36,493 nucleotides of DNA from a virus: IMG/VR virus record IMGVR_UViG_3300028549_000287. One strand, 5' to 3'. The notes below the pieces were generated by a model. It made no database searches. It was not told the origin of the DNA and was given only the letters and a program-made list of their open reading frames with translations. The position numbers were made by a program, and so were the translations under genes. The first letter of the stretch is position 1, and each line of letters begins with the position of its first letter. Of the stretch, positions 1-7,385 are shown in pieces.

Positions 1-255
1 GCAATTTTTGGAACAATATGAATTTTTGATAGCTGAAATTGCAAGGGTAACGAAGCCCGGACGTATAACAGCGGTTCACGTTACCGATATTATGAATAGC
101 AAAACTATGCACCTATGGGACTTCCCACATGAAGTAATTTTGTTGCATGAAAAATACGGTTTCAAATACCGAAATAAGATTACAATTTGGAAAGAGCCGC
201 TAAAGGTTCGCATGAGAACTATGGTCAGGTCGTTAATGCACAAATTGATTGTCGA
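1..255. repeat. Terminal direct repeat copy 1; circular-closure overlap or true terminal redundancy
   Basis: Bases 1-255 are identical by eye to 36239-36493 (offset 36238). Confidence 0.95.
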
Positions 256-835
256 AGATTCAACCGAATGTTTTACCGCGATGCCGGACTATGTTTTGGT
301 GTTCAAAAAAGACGGTGTAAACGCGGTGCCGGTAACGCATGAGTTTGGGTTGCACCATTACGCCGGACTTCACCCGTTTACGCCGGAATTGGCCGAACTT
401 TACGGAAATTTTGAGGACTTAAAGCTGAAATACCGGGGACATAAAGACCCGAAAACAAACAAACTTAGCCATATCATTTGGCAGCGTTACGCCTCTTCTG
501 TTTGGGATGACATTCGTATTGATGAGGTTTTGAAATACAAAGAAAGCAAAGACGAAGATGACGAGAAGCACGTTCACCCGCTTCAACTTGACGTTATTGA
601 CAGGCTTATTGAGTTGTATTCAAATCCCGGGGAAGTTGTATTAACTCCGTTTATGGGAGTTGGTAGCGAGGTTTACGGGGCTGTTAGGCTTGGAAGGAAG
701 GGCCTTGGAATTGAGTTAAAAGATTCCTACTTCAAACAATCGGTTAAGAATATTTCTGAACTGAAAAACGTTGCAACAGAACAAATCAAATTTGATTTTG
801 CGCAAACAGTCGAAGAGGAAACAACTGAAATGTAA
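2..835 (+). CDS. DNA methyltransferase, same gene after circular wrap (C-terminal part)
   Basis: The frame is continuous with 36060 (KQFLEQYEF...). AdoMet motif I is TPFMGVGSEVYGA near the C-terminus. Motif IV preceding motif I gives the beta-class order. Stop TAA at 833-835. Confidence 0.85.
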   Translation, partial: QFLEQYEFLIAEIARVTKPGRITAVHVTDIMNSKTMHLWDFPHEVILLHEKYGFKYRNKITIWKEPLKVRMRTMVRSLMHKLIVEDSTECFTAMPDYVLVFKKDGVNAVPVTHEFGLHHYAGLHPFTPELAELYGNFEDLKLKYRGHKDPKTNKLSHIIWQRYASSVWDDIRIDEVLKYKESKDEDDEKHVHPLQLDVIDRLIELYSNPGEVVLTPFMGVGSEVYGAVRLGRKGLGIELKDSYFKQSVKNISELKNVATEQIKFDFAQTVEEETTEM

Positions 836-842
836 TAAAATA

Positions 843-878
843 ACCCCGGCAATTACGCCGGGGTTTAATTTACTTTTT
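843..878 (+). terminator. Rho-independent terminator
   Basis: 8-bp stem ACCCCGGC (843-850) / GCCGGGGT (857-864), then a T-rich tail. Confidence 0.65.
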
Positions 879-1589
879 ATGACCGAAATAGTAATCAAAT
901 CCACAAAAGGCAACGCGGTAACAACAAGTTTACTGGTAGCCGAGAAGTTCGGAAAGCCACATGCCGACGTATTGAAGTCAATTAGAGCAATCGTTGAGCA
1001 ACTTCCTGAAAATGAATGTAAAGGGAATTTTGCCCTTACATCGAATAATGTAACGATGCCGAACGGAGGCACTAGATTTGAACCGTTCTACGTTATGACA
1101 CGCGACGGCTTTACTTTACTAGTTATGGGATTCACTGGATCCGCCGCGCTAAAGTTCAAACTCGAATTTATTGCAGCGTTCAACGAAATGGAGAGGCAAC
1201 TTTCTGCACCACAATTGCCAACAACCTACCTGGACGCTCTAAAAGCGTTGGTTGAATCGGTTGAGAAAACTCAAATAGCCGAGAACAAAGTTTTAGAACT
1301 TGCGCCAAAAGCAGAGTTTTTTGATAAGGTAATTGATGCCGACAACTTACTTTCGTGGAATGAGGCTGCTAAGGCGTTAAGTATTGGCCGCAATAGAATG
1401 TTAGCCATATTAAGGCGTGACGGTGTAATTAACCATAAAAACGCGCCTTATCAATCGTTTATTTCAATATGTTACTTTGCCGTTAAAATTTCATTCGTTG
1501 AAAAGTTAAATGCAAACATTCCGACTACTTACGTCACCGGAAAAGGCTTAACTTGGCTGGCGAAGAAACTAAAAACTGAATCGAAATGA
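879..1589 (+). CDS. Rha-family phage regulatory protein fused to an ANT/KilAC-type antirepressor C-domain
   Basis: The ATG at 879 is preferred over the track start at 771, which overlaps the methylase and the terminator. N-terminus AVTTSLLVAEKFGKPHADVLKSIRAI is Rha-like. C-terminus LPTTYLDALKALVESVEK...APKAEFFDKV...SWNEAAKAL is ANT-like. Confidence 0.8.
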   Translation: MTEIVIKSTKGNAVTTSLLVAEKFGKPHADVLKSIRAIVEQLPENECKGNFALTSNNVTMPNGGTRFEPFYVMTRDGFTLLVMGFTGSAALKFKLEFIAAFNEMERQLSAPQLPTTYLDALKALVESVEKTQIAENKVLELAPKAEFFDKVIDADNLLSWNEAAKALSIGRNRMLAILRRDGVINHKNAPYQSFISICYFAVKISFVEKLNANIPTTYVTGKGLTWLAKKLKTESK

Positions 1590-1750
1590 GAAAATTAAAA
1601 ATCTGGTTTAAGGCTGTATGGTTGGACTATCCATATTGGAGAGTTACCTACAAAGACGGGAAAAGAACTCGTTTACTTCACTGGATTGAGGCCAATGGAC
1701 TCGCTGAAACGTTCAATGGTAAATCATGGATTGATTATTCGGTAAACTGA
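1586..1750 (+). CDS. Hypothetical protein, 54 aa (below the ORF-track cutoff)
   Basis: ATGA overlap with the Rha stop. Translation is MRKLKIWFKAVWLDYPYWRVTYKDGKRTRLLHWIEANGLAETFNGKSWIDYSVN. Bracketed by a 21-bp direct repeat. Confidence 0.5.
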   Translation: MRKLKIWFKAVWLDYPYWRVTYKDGKRTRLLHWIEANGLAETFNGKSWIDYSVN

Positions 1751-1756
1751 ATCGAA

Positions 1757-2158
1757 ATGAGAAACCTACAACTATCACTCAAAACAGAATGGTTTGAAAT
1801 GACAAAAGCGGGGATTAAAACCGAAGATTACAGGGAAATTACGCCGTATTGGTGCAACAGACTAATGTTACACGAAGAAAAACAACAATCAAAACATACC
1901 TGGTGGGTATATATTCGAGAATTAAAACTTTGGCGTTTAAAAGAATGTATTGAAACAGATAATAAGTTTTTTAATTTTTCAGTAAAACAATTTGACGATA
2001 ATATTATGACCATCGGTTATCCAAAACCAACCGACACTGAGCGTATTTTGCGACTTGAGCATAAAGGAATTGAAATTATAACAGGAAATCCAGAATGGGG
2101 AGCCGAGCCCGGTAAACTTTACTTTGTAATTAAGCACGGGAAAGAACTAAAAGAATAG
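1757..2158 (+). CDS. Hypothetical protein, possibly ASCH/PUA-like
   Basis: N-terminus LSLKTEWFEMTKAGIKTEDYREI resembles ASCH-domain starts. The resemblance is weak. Confidence 0.55.
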   Translation: MRNLQLSLKTEWFEMTKAGIKTEDYREITPYWCNRLMLHEEKQQSKHTWWVYIRELKLWRLKECIETDNKFFNFSVKQFDDNIMTIGYPKPTDTERILRLEHKGIEIITGNPEWGAEPGKLYFVIKHGKELKE

Positions 2159-2218
2159 TTTTTTTTGGTTGGTAGTGTAAATAAAATCATTACCTTTGAA
2201 GAAATAAACATACAACTT

Positions 2219-2404
2219 ATGAGAAGAGAGAAATTAACTTTAGGTGAGCAAGTAATCTTAGAATTGCACCGGAAAAACAAAACAAAAGTTTGGTTGTGCG
2301 AACAAATGAACTTATCGAGGCCGGTGCTTGACGAACGTTTAAAAGAAAACGACTGGCTAATTTGCGAGGTCGTGAAAATTTCACGGTTGCTTGAATTGAA
2401 GTAG
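2219..2404 (+). CDS. Small putative HTH DNA-binding protein
   Basis: ATG at 2219 is preferred over TTG at 2165. KVWLCEQMNLSRPVLDERLK looks like a helix-turn-helix. Confidence 0.5.
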   Translation: MRREKLTLGEQVILELHRKNKTKVWLCEQMNLSRPVLDERLKENDWLICEVVKISRLLELK

Positions 2405-2406
2405 CC

Positions 2407-2727
2407 ATGTCATACTCCACAGATTTGAAAAGTGGAACATGGCAGCGGAAGCGATTAGAGATAATACAACGCGATTCGTATTGCTGCGTTGCTTGCCATT
2501 CTCAAGATGCTTTAACCGTCCACCACTTATATTATGAGCCGAATAAAAAGTTATGGGAATACGATAACGAGTCCATGGTTACGCTATGCGAAAAATGCCA
2601 CAATTCACTGCATTTTGAACTATCTAAATTGTCCGGTATTATAGCGTTCAATTTATTGGTTGGTAGGGTTGATTTAACTCAGTTTAATCTTTACGGCCAT
2701 GGACGAGGGCTTTATAAAACTACATAG
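2407..2727 (+). CDS. HNH endonuclease-like protein
   Basis: WQRKRLEIIQRDSYCCVAC...TVHHLYY...LCEKCHNSLH has the CxxC...HH...CxxCH arrangement. Confidence 0.7.
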   Translation: MSYSTDLKSGTWQRKRLEIIQRDSYCCVACHSQDALTVHHLYYEPNKKLWEYDNESMVTLCEKCHNSLHFELSKLSGIIAFNLLVGRVDLTQFNLYGHGRGLYKTT

Positions 2728-3445
2728 AAAACTACTTGATAGCCCTATATTTGCGCATCAAACCGGATTAAAGATTTGGATTTGGTGCATGGTTAAAGCA
2801 AACCATAAATGTAAGTCATTCCCAATACGAATTGGGGCCGGAAATTCTATAGTAAGTATCGGAGTTGGTCAGTTTCTTTTTGGTAGGCTAAAAGCAGAGG
2901 AAGAACTAGGAATTGACGGCTCAACTATCTACCGATGGATTAAGAAGTTAGAAACGATGGAAATGATTAGCGTAAAATCGAACAGCCATTATTCTATTGT
3001 AACTATCTGTAATTGGGTAGATTACCAGAGCGTTGACGTAGACAAAAGAACAACCACTGAGCAGCCACTGAGCAGCCATTGCACTACCACTGAGCAGCCA
3101 CTGAACACAACCAAGAATGCTAAGAATGATAAGAATAAAGAAGATATATATAAAGGCAAATTTCAAAAATATAATTTTGATGCTTCTTTAGACTTTTTGG
3201 AAAACGACCCGCTTGGAGTAATTTTTAAAGACTGGTTTACATTTAAGCAAAACACAAAAACACCGTTTGACAATCAAGCAAGCGTTGAAGCTTCTTTCAA
3301 AGTGTTGAAAAATTACAGCAAAAACAACATCGTTAAAGCGGTAGAATTAGTAACTTGTGCAATTGCAGCCAATGCCGTAAACCTTTTCAACGTAGAAACT
3401 AAGCCGGAACCAATTGTTATACCAAAACACCACATGGCAAGATGA
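2699..3445 (+). CDS. Replication initiator / replisome organiser (winged-helix N-domain)
   Basis: GFIKLHRKLLDSPIF...STIYRWIKKLE is typical of phage O/DnaD-like initiators. It sits directly upstream of the primase-helicase and contains tandem iterons. Confidence 0.6.
   Translation: MDEGFIKLHRKLLDSPIFAHQTGLKIWIWCMVKANHKCKSFPIRIGAGNSIVSIGVGQFLFGRLKAEEELGIDGSTIYRWIKKLETMEMISVKSNSHYSIVTICNWVDYQSVDVDKRTTTEQPLSSHCTTTEQPLNTTKNAKNDKNKEDIYKGKFQKYNFDASLDFLENDPLGVIFKDWFTFKQNTKTPFDNQASVEASFKVLKNYSKNNIVKAVELVTCAIAANAVNLFNVETKPEPIVIPKHHMAR
3054..3108. repeat. Five tandem 11-bp iterons inside the initiator gene
   Basis: CCACTGAGCAG, CCACTGAGCAG, CCATTGCACTA, CCACTGAGCAG, CCACTGAACAC. The period is 11 bp. 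Confidence 0.85.
3113..3180. promoter_or_regulatory. AT-rich tract with 9-bp repeats; putative DNA-unwinding element of an origin
   Basis: AAGAATGCT AAGAATGAT AAGAATAAAG AAGATATATATAAAGG..., immediately 3' of the iterons. Confidence 0.45.
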
Positions 3446-5208
3446 TAAAGATCGTATCCCTAGCAACCAAACTAACCTACACCATTGAACCGAGAAAAGG
3501 CGGGGAAAATGCAATGGCCTGCCCGGAGTGTTCCGGTCAGCGCAAAAACGCTAAAGCTAAATCGTTTTCTTGGAACGAAGGTAAGCAAATTGGTAAATGC
3601 CACCATTGCGAGGCCAATTTCGTGCTATATCGCGAAATGGAACGGCAAAAAGAATACATTGCCCCACTTTGGAAAAATAAGACCTTATTAGCCCCTAATT
3701 TGGTGAAATGGTTTGAGGGGAGAATGATTAAACAAGATACCCTCGTTTTGATGCGAATTTATTCTGACAATGAATTTATACCGCAAATCGGAAAAGAAAC
3801 GAGCGTTGTTTGCTTTCCGTATTTTCAAGATGAGAAACTGGTAAACATAAAATACCGGGACGGGGCTAAGAATTTTAAACTACATTCCGGAGCGCAATTA
3901 ATCCTATACAACGTTAACGGATTAAAGGGCCAAAAAGAGGCCATAATTTGCGAGGGAGAGATAGACGCGCTATCTTATATCACTTGCGGTATTTTAAACG
4001 CTGTATCAGTGCCAAACGGAGCGAATAAAAACTTGCAATATTTGGATGACTGTATCGAGTTATTTGATGCCATGGAAACCATTTATATTGCATCAGATAA
4101 CGACGTTAAGGGAATTGAATTAAGAGAGGAACTATTGAGGCGGTTCGGTTCTGAGCGGTGTAAGATTGTAAACTACAAAGACTGCAAGGACGCTAACGAA
4201 TATCTTATCAAGTATGGCGGCCCGGCCCTGCGTGAAACGATCACTGATGCAATTGAGATACCAGTTACTGGAATAGTAAACCTATCGAACCATTACGATG
4301 ACATTTACAGCCTTTTTGTAAACGGAATGGAAAAGGGATTAGGCATAGGGGCGCAATTTGATACAGCAGTTACATGGGAGTTGGGCCGGTTATTGACAGT
4401 TACCGGTATCCCTGGCCATGGCAAAAGTGAGTTTGTCGACTTCCTTAACGTAAAGTTAAATATTATCCATGGTTGGAAAATAGCATATTTTTCCCCGGAG
4501 AATTGGCCTGTTAAGTATCACTATGCCAAGTTGGTCAGTAAGATAGTTGGCAAGGAGTTTGACGCGAAATACATAAACACCGCTGTATTTGAAAAGTCTT
4601 TTGAGTATGTTAGAGAGAATTTCTTCTTTATAAATCCGGAGGAAGATATGACTATTGAGAACATACTAACCAAGGCTAAGTTTTTGGTAAGGAAGAGAGG
4701 CATTAAGGTTCTTGTAATTGACCCTTACAATAAATTAGAGCATAATACTACGCTTGGACAATCGGAAACGAACTACATTAGCAAGTTTTTGGATAAGTTG
4801 ACCATGTTTGCGCGTGTAAATAATGTTCTGGTGGTTCTGGTCGCTCACCCTACGAAAATGAAAAAGGATTTAACCGGAAACTTTGAAGTGCCATCGCTTT
4901 ACGACATCAACGGTTCAGCAAACTTTTACAACAAAACAGATTATGGAATCTCTGTTTATCGAGATCGAAACGAAAATCAGACTTACATTCACGTTCTTAA
5001 GGTAAAATTTAAGCACCTTGGAGACGGTGGGGTAATTCAGACTTCTTACAACTTTAAAAACGGACGTTACGAGGCTGCAAATACAGAGTTTTCGCAATGG
5101 GTTTTTGATAATTATTTGGACGAAGAAATAAAGCCGGAACCAGAAAAGCCATACCAAGATGAGTTTTTTAATGCTGTTGATAAATTTGAGAATGAAGTGC
5201 CTTTTTAA
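3442..5208 (+). CDS. Bifunctional DNA primase/helicase (zinc ribbon + TOPRIM + RecA-like P-loop)
   Basis: Zinc ribbon CPECSG...CHHCEANF. TOPRIM ICEGEIDALS and ASDNDVKG. Walker A GIPGHGKSEF and Walker B VLVIDPYNKL. Confidence 0.85.
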   Translation: MIKIVSLATKLTYTIEPRKGGENAMACPECSGQRKNAKAKSFSWNEGKQIGKCHHCEANFVLYREMERQKEYIAPLWKNKTLLAPNLVKWFEGRMIKQDTLVLMRIYSDNEFIPQIGKETSVVCFPYFQDEKLVNIKYRDGAKNFKLHSGAQLILYNVNGLKGQKEAIICEGEIDALSYITCGILNAVSVPNGANKNLQYLDDCIELFDAMETIYIASDNDVKGIELREELLRRFGSERCKIVNYKDCKDANEYLIKYGGPALRETITDAIEIPVTGIVNLSNHYDDIYSLFVNGMEKGLGIGAQFDTAVTWELGRLLTVTGIPGHGKSEFVDFLNVKLNIIHGWKIAYFSPENWPVKYHYAKLVSKIVGKEFDAKYINTAVFEKSFEYVRENFFFINPEEDMTIENILTKAKFLVRKRGIKVLVIDPYNKLEHNTTLGQSETNYISKFLDKLTMFARVNNVLVVLVAHPTKMKKDLTGNFEVPSLYDINGSANFYNKTDYGISVYRDRNENQTYIHVLKVKFKHLGDGGVIQTSYNFKNGRYEAANTEFSQWVFDNYLDEEIKPEPEKPYQDEFFNAVDKFENEVPF

Positions 5209-5246
5209 CCAAACAACGATTTTAACTATACACCAAACTTTTGATA

Positions 5247-5648
5247 ATGGCAAAGCTAGAAGAGCAAATACAAATAGCACTGAGTAAGTTTATTCAACTG
5301 CAGTATCCGGGAGTTATATTCACGTCTGAAAGCAGCGGGTTAAGGCTAACGATTAGACCTGCAACGGTGTCCAAGCAATGTCGTAATCCTAAAGTTGGCT
5401 GGTGTGATATGATAATATTGGAAGCGCGTGGAGGTTACTACGGGTTGCTTTTGGAAGTGAAAAAAAGCAGCGATGAAATACTTACAAAGACAGGCGCATA
5501 CCGGACAGATCAACACAATTTAGATCAGTTAAAATTCTCGCAGATTGCATCGAAAAAGAATTACCTCTATCAATATGCTTGTGGAGCAGATCAGGGACTA
5601 TCGGTAATTACTTACTACATGTCACTTCCACCGACTAGCACTATTTGA
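5247..5648 (+). CDS. VRR-NUC / PD-(D/E)xK nuclease
   Basis: GWCDMIILE...GLLLEVKK...Q gives the D...E-x-K core in a VRR-NUC-like context. Confidence 0.6.
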   Translation: MAKLEEQIQIALSKFIQLQYPGVIFTSESSGLRLTIRPATVSKQCRNPKVGWCDMIILEARGGYYGLLLEVKKSSDEILTKTGAYRTDQHNLDQLKFSQIASKKNYLYQYACGADQGLSVITYYMSLPPTSTI

Positions 5649-5649
5649 C

Positions 5650-5853
5650 ATGGACCCAATCCAACTATGCATATTCTCGATTAACGACTCAAACGAGGTT
5701 GTAAAGTTAAAGCAGAAAGTTAACGAACTGCTAACGGTTACGATGGCTATTAAGTCCCATTGCGAGGCGTTAAAGTCAATTGGCAAGCCTGTTGACGAAG
5801 AATGGATATCAGAACTTTGTAACTCGATAATTGAGCAGATCAATGCTATTTAG
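5650..5853 (+). CDS. Hypothetical protein
   Basis: Track ORF, co-directional, starting 2 nt after the previous stop. Confidence 0.5.
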   Translation: MDPIQLCIFSINDSNEVVKLKQKVNELLTVTMAIKSHCEALKSIGKPVDEEWISELCNSIIEQINAI

Positions 5854-5901
5854 AACCAGTATAAACTGCGCTCAATTGCAACAAGTTATGTAAATAGTGC
5901 G

Positions 5902-5909
5902 TAAATTGC
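5902..5909 (+). promoter_or_regulatory. Promoter-like -7 box (GCGTAAATTGCA class)
   Basis: TAAATTGC sits in an intergenic gap 29 nt upstream of ATG 5938. It resembles the Bacteroidota TAnnTTTG element. Confidence 0.4.
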
Positions 5910-5937
5910 AGCATAAACTAAACCAAGAAACTAAGCA

Positions 5938-6198
5938 ATGAGAAGCAAACACGAAATAATAAATAATCCGGTTGTAATAGACATCGACGGTAAGTCATTC
6001 GGTGCAAGTAGATGCAGAATCACCGAATCTATAATAAAGTTTGTGTTGGCTAGTCACGCTACTAAACTAATGGCGATGATTGATCAGACAAACACTTTGA
6101 ACTTTGTTATTTGGGATAATCGACAAATTACCTTTGAAGGGGAAGCTTCTTACGACTACCAAAAAGATTATGAGTTTACTTTTAGAATTGTTAAGTAA
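5938..6198 (+). CDS. Hypothetical protein
   Basis: Track ORF with an ATG start after a promoter-like gap. Confidence 0.55.
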   Translation: MRSKHEIINNPVVIDIDGKSFGASRCRITESIIKFVLASHATKLMAMIDQTNTLNFVIWDNRQITFEGEASYDYQKDYEFTFRIVK

Positions 6199-6407
6199 TG
6201 GCCGACTTATTCACAACCGTTGAGAAAGGCAAAACATACACTTGTAGCGATAAAGAAGCGTTTGCCTGGTATAATTTCGGCACAGTTGACTTAACAGGGC
6301 AACGCGTTACGGTGATGATGATCTCTGGAGATTATGCTTGCGTTGAATTGGTTTTAGATCGAACAAAAAACTTTGATGTGAAACTTAATACACTAACGAA
6401 ATGCTAA
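6198..6407 (+). CDS. Hypothetical protein
   Basis: Track ORF with a TAATG overlap. Confidence 0.55.
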   Translation: MADLFTTVEKGKTYTCSDKEAFAWYNFGTVDLTGQRVTVMMISGDYACVELVLDRTKNFDVKLNTLTKC

Positions 6408-6610
6408 CGCTATCTCATAACGGAACGGTTTTTATTTCTTCTAGATTTGAGTTTATTTTTAATCGAAAGGTAAAGAAACTACTAGGAATTTATTACGGAG
6501 GAAAATTGTTAAAACAAGGCTGCTTATCTATGTGTGGTGACGTTTTCGAGATTAAGCCGTTCGACTATTTTAAAGATGATACGATTGAGTTTTACAAATT
6601 TAAATACTAG
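6401..6610 (+). CDS. Hypothetical protein
   Basis: Track ORF overlapping the previous gene by 7 nt. Confidence 0.45.
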   Translation: MLTLSHNGTVFISSRFEFIFNRKVKKLLGIYYGGKLLKQGCLSMCGDVFEIKPFDYFKDDTIEFYKFKY

Positions 6611-6615
6611 ACGAA

Positions 6616-6822
6616 ATGGAAGCAAACAAGACCTACATTTTGCAATTAAAACCGATTGCGGAGATTCAACCAGAGCAGTGTAATAGAAATACACTTTGCA
6701 CTAATGGAGAATACTGGATTAATGGACAGGTTTACGAAGTTACTGAAGGAGAATTTGAATGCACTGACGGAGATGGAACAACTTGCTTCAACATTACTCA
6801 CTTCGCTGTTTTACCTAAATAG
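6616..6822 (+). CDS. Hypothetical Cys-containing small protein
   Basis: Track ORF, preferred over the overlapping alternative frame 6656-6859. Confidence 0.5.
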   Translation: MEANKTYILQLKPIAEIQPEQCNRNTLCTNGEYWINGQVYEVTEGEFECTDGDGTTCFNITHFAVLPK

Positions 6823-6870
6823 ACTGATTCTAAACTACGTCAATTCTATTGTGGATTGAAAAAGTATTTG

Positions 6871-6878
6871 TAAATTGT
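6871..6878 (+). promoter_or_regulatory. Promoter-like -7 box (TTGTAAATTGTA class) driving tRNA-like unit 1
   Basis: TTGTAAATTGTAG at 6868-6880 in a coding-free gap. Confidence 0.4.
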
Positions 6879-6983
6879 AGTGTTCTTTGAAAGTAGCATA
6901 TCGCATGGTTGAGAATGTAACGCGCCGAAAGGGAGGTTGCCAAAAATCTAAACGATAGATTGCTTTTAAGTTCTTTGAATGTA

Positions 6984-7153
6984 TCTGGTGTGGCGGAATT
7001 GGTAGACGCATCTAGTCAGGTAGAGGTAAGGAGATTCAGAAAAACTGCCAAGTAGGAAATGACTTGGCGAGTGAGTAAAAAAGTTACCTATTCGAGTTCT
7101 CCAACTGAGCTGTAAAGTAAATTACCTTGCCGGTTCGAGTCCGGCCACCAGAT
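6984..7153 (+). tRNA. tRNA-like gene with a class II Leu(CAG)-derived body, a ~100-nt structured insertion at the variable-arm position and a 6-nt anticodon loop
   Basis: Acceptor TCTGGTG (6984-6990) / CACCAGA (7146-7152). U8 is present, and the D arm GCGG-AATTGGTAGA-CGC is nearly identical to bacterial tRNA-Leu. T arm GCCGG-TTCGAGT-CCGGC at 7129-7145. The hairpin TCTA-GTCAGG-TAGA (7011-7024) keeps U-CAG-G. The extra 7025-7128 has hairpin GCCAAGT/ACTTGGC (7047-7068), and GGTAA (7025-7029) pairs with TTACC (7122-7126). No CCA is encoded. Confidence 0.6.
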
Positions 7154-7209
7154 CAACCACCAGAGCGGACGTAGGGGCCGCCAATATGTGTTTTGATTGA
7201 AGCAATTTG

Positions 7210-7233
7210 CCGGGGTGAAATTCCCCGGTTTTT
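7210..7233 (+). terminator. Rho-independent terminator
   Basis: CCGGGG (7210-7215) / CCCCGG (7223-7228) followed by TTTTT. Confidence 0.75.
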
Positions 7234-7336
7234 ATTTACTAAACCAAAACGCATGAGGTAAAGAGTCGACGAACCGAGGAGCGGGTAGATTATCACAAAA
7301 AACTAAATGATTCGCTATTGGTATAATGAATCAAAA

Positions 7337-7368
7337 AAGAGCATATCTCACCGCGTATGTTCTTTTTT
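7337..7368 (+). terminator. Rho-independent terminator
   Basis: AAGAGCATA (7337-7345) / TATGTTCTT (7356-7364) forms a 9-bp stem with one G-U pair, followed by a T-run. Confidence 0.6.
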
Positions 7369-7370
7369 AC

Positions 7371-7378
7371 TATATTTG
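7371..7378 (+). promoter_or_regulatory. Promoter -7 box TATATTTG, an exact match to TAnnTTTG
   Basis: It ends 7 nt before the 5' end of tRNA-like gene 2 (7386). Confidence 0.5.
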
Positions 7379-7385
7379 CATGATT

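Noticed and set aside
771-878. N-terminal extension of the Rha ORF (track start 771)
   Set aside because: It would overlap the methylase 3' end and read through the 843-864 terminator hairpin. The ATG at 879 gives a typical Rha N-terminus.
716-1072. Minus-strand ORFs inside + strand genes. These include 716-1072, 1828-2013, 2217-2420, 2948-3166, 4521-4703, 4915-5280, 5622-5843 and 8762-9040. They also include 11868-12234, 12364-12570, 13346-13528, 15974-16913, 17897-18727, 19397-19999 and 20211-20640. The remainder are 20921-21319, 21560-21745, 22118-22456, 23585-23839, 24323-24691, 25307-25650, 26246-26455, 26782-26979, 27363-27575, 31566-31994, 32338-32580, 34109-34297 and 35237-35434.
   Set aside because: All are antisense shadows embedded in longer, motif-supported or tightly coupled + strand genes. 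Their products are low-complexity or Ser/Leu/Phe-rich, and none has its own intergenic space.
3054-3108. The tandem repeats as a CRISPR-like array or minisatellite
   Set aside because: The 11-bp units are directly abutting with no spacers and lie in frame inside a CDS. They fit iterons far better.
3485-3691. Alternative-frame + strand ORFs 3485-3691, 6656-6859, 10917-11108, 16379-16564, 22999-23181 and 27910-28113
   Set aside because: Each is nested out of frame in a longer ORF with recognisable motifs or better coupling.
6984-7153. tmRNA, or a tRNA interrupted by a group I intron
   Set aside because: The element has a full tRNA-Leu-type D arm, which tmRNA lacks. It is about half the length of a tmRNA, and none of the three frames through the insertion gives a tag-like ORF ending in ALAA-type residues. 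The ~90-100 nt of extra sequence is well below group I intron size. No placement of an intron in the loop restores a canonical 7-nt anticodon loop.
7145-7164. CCACCAGA repeated 12 nt apart at the 3' end of tRNA-like gene 1, as a possible attP core
   Set aside because: No integrase or recombinase ORF exists anywhere in the genome, and 8 bp is too short to be meaningful.
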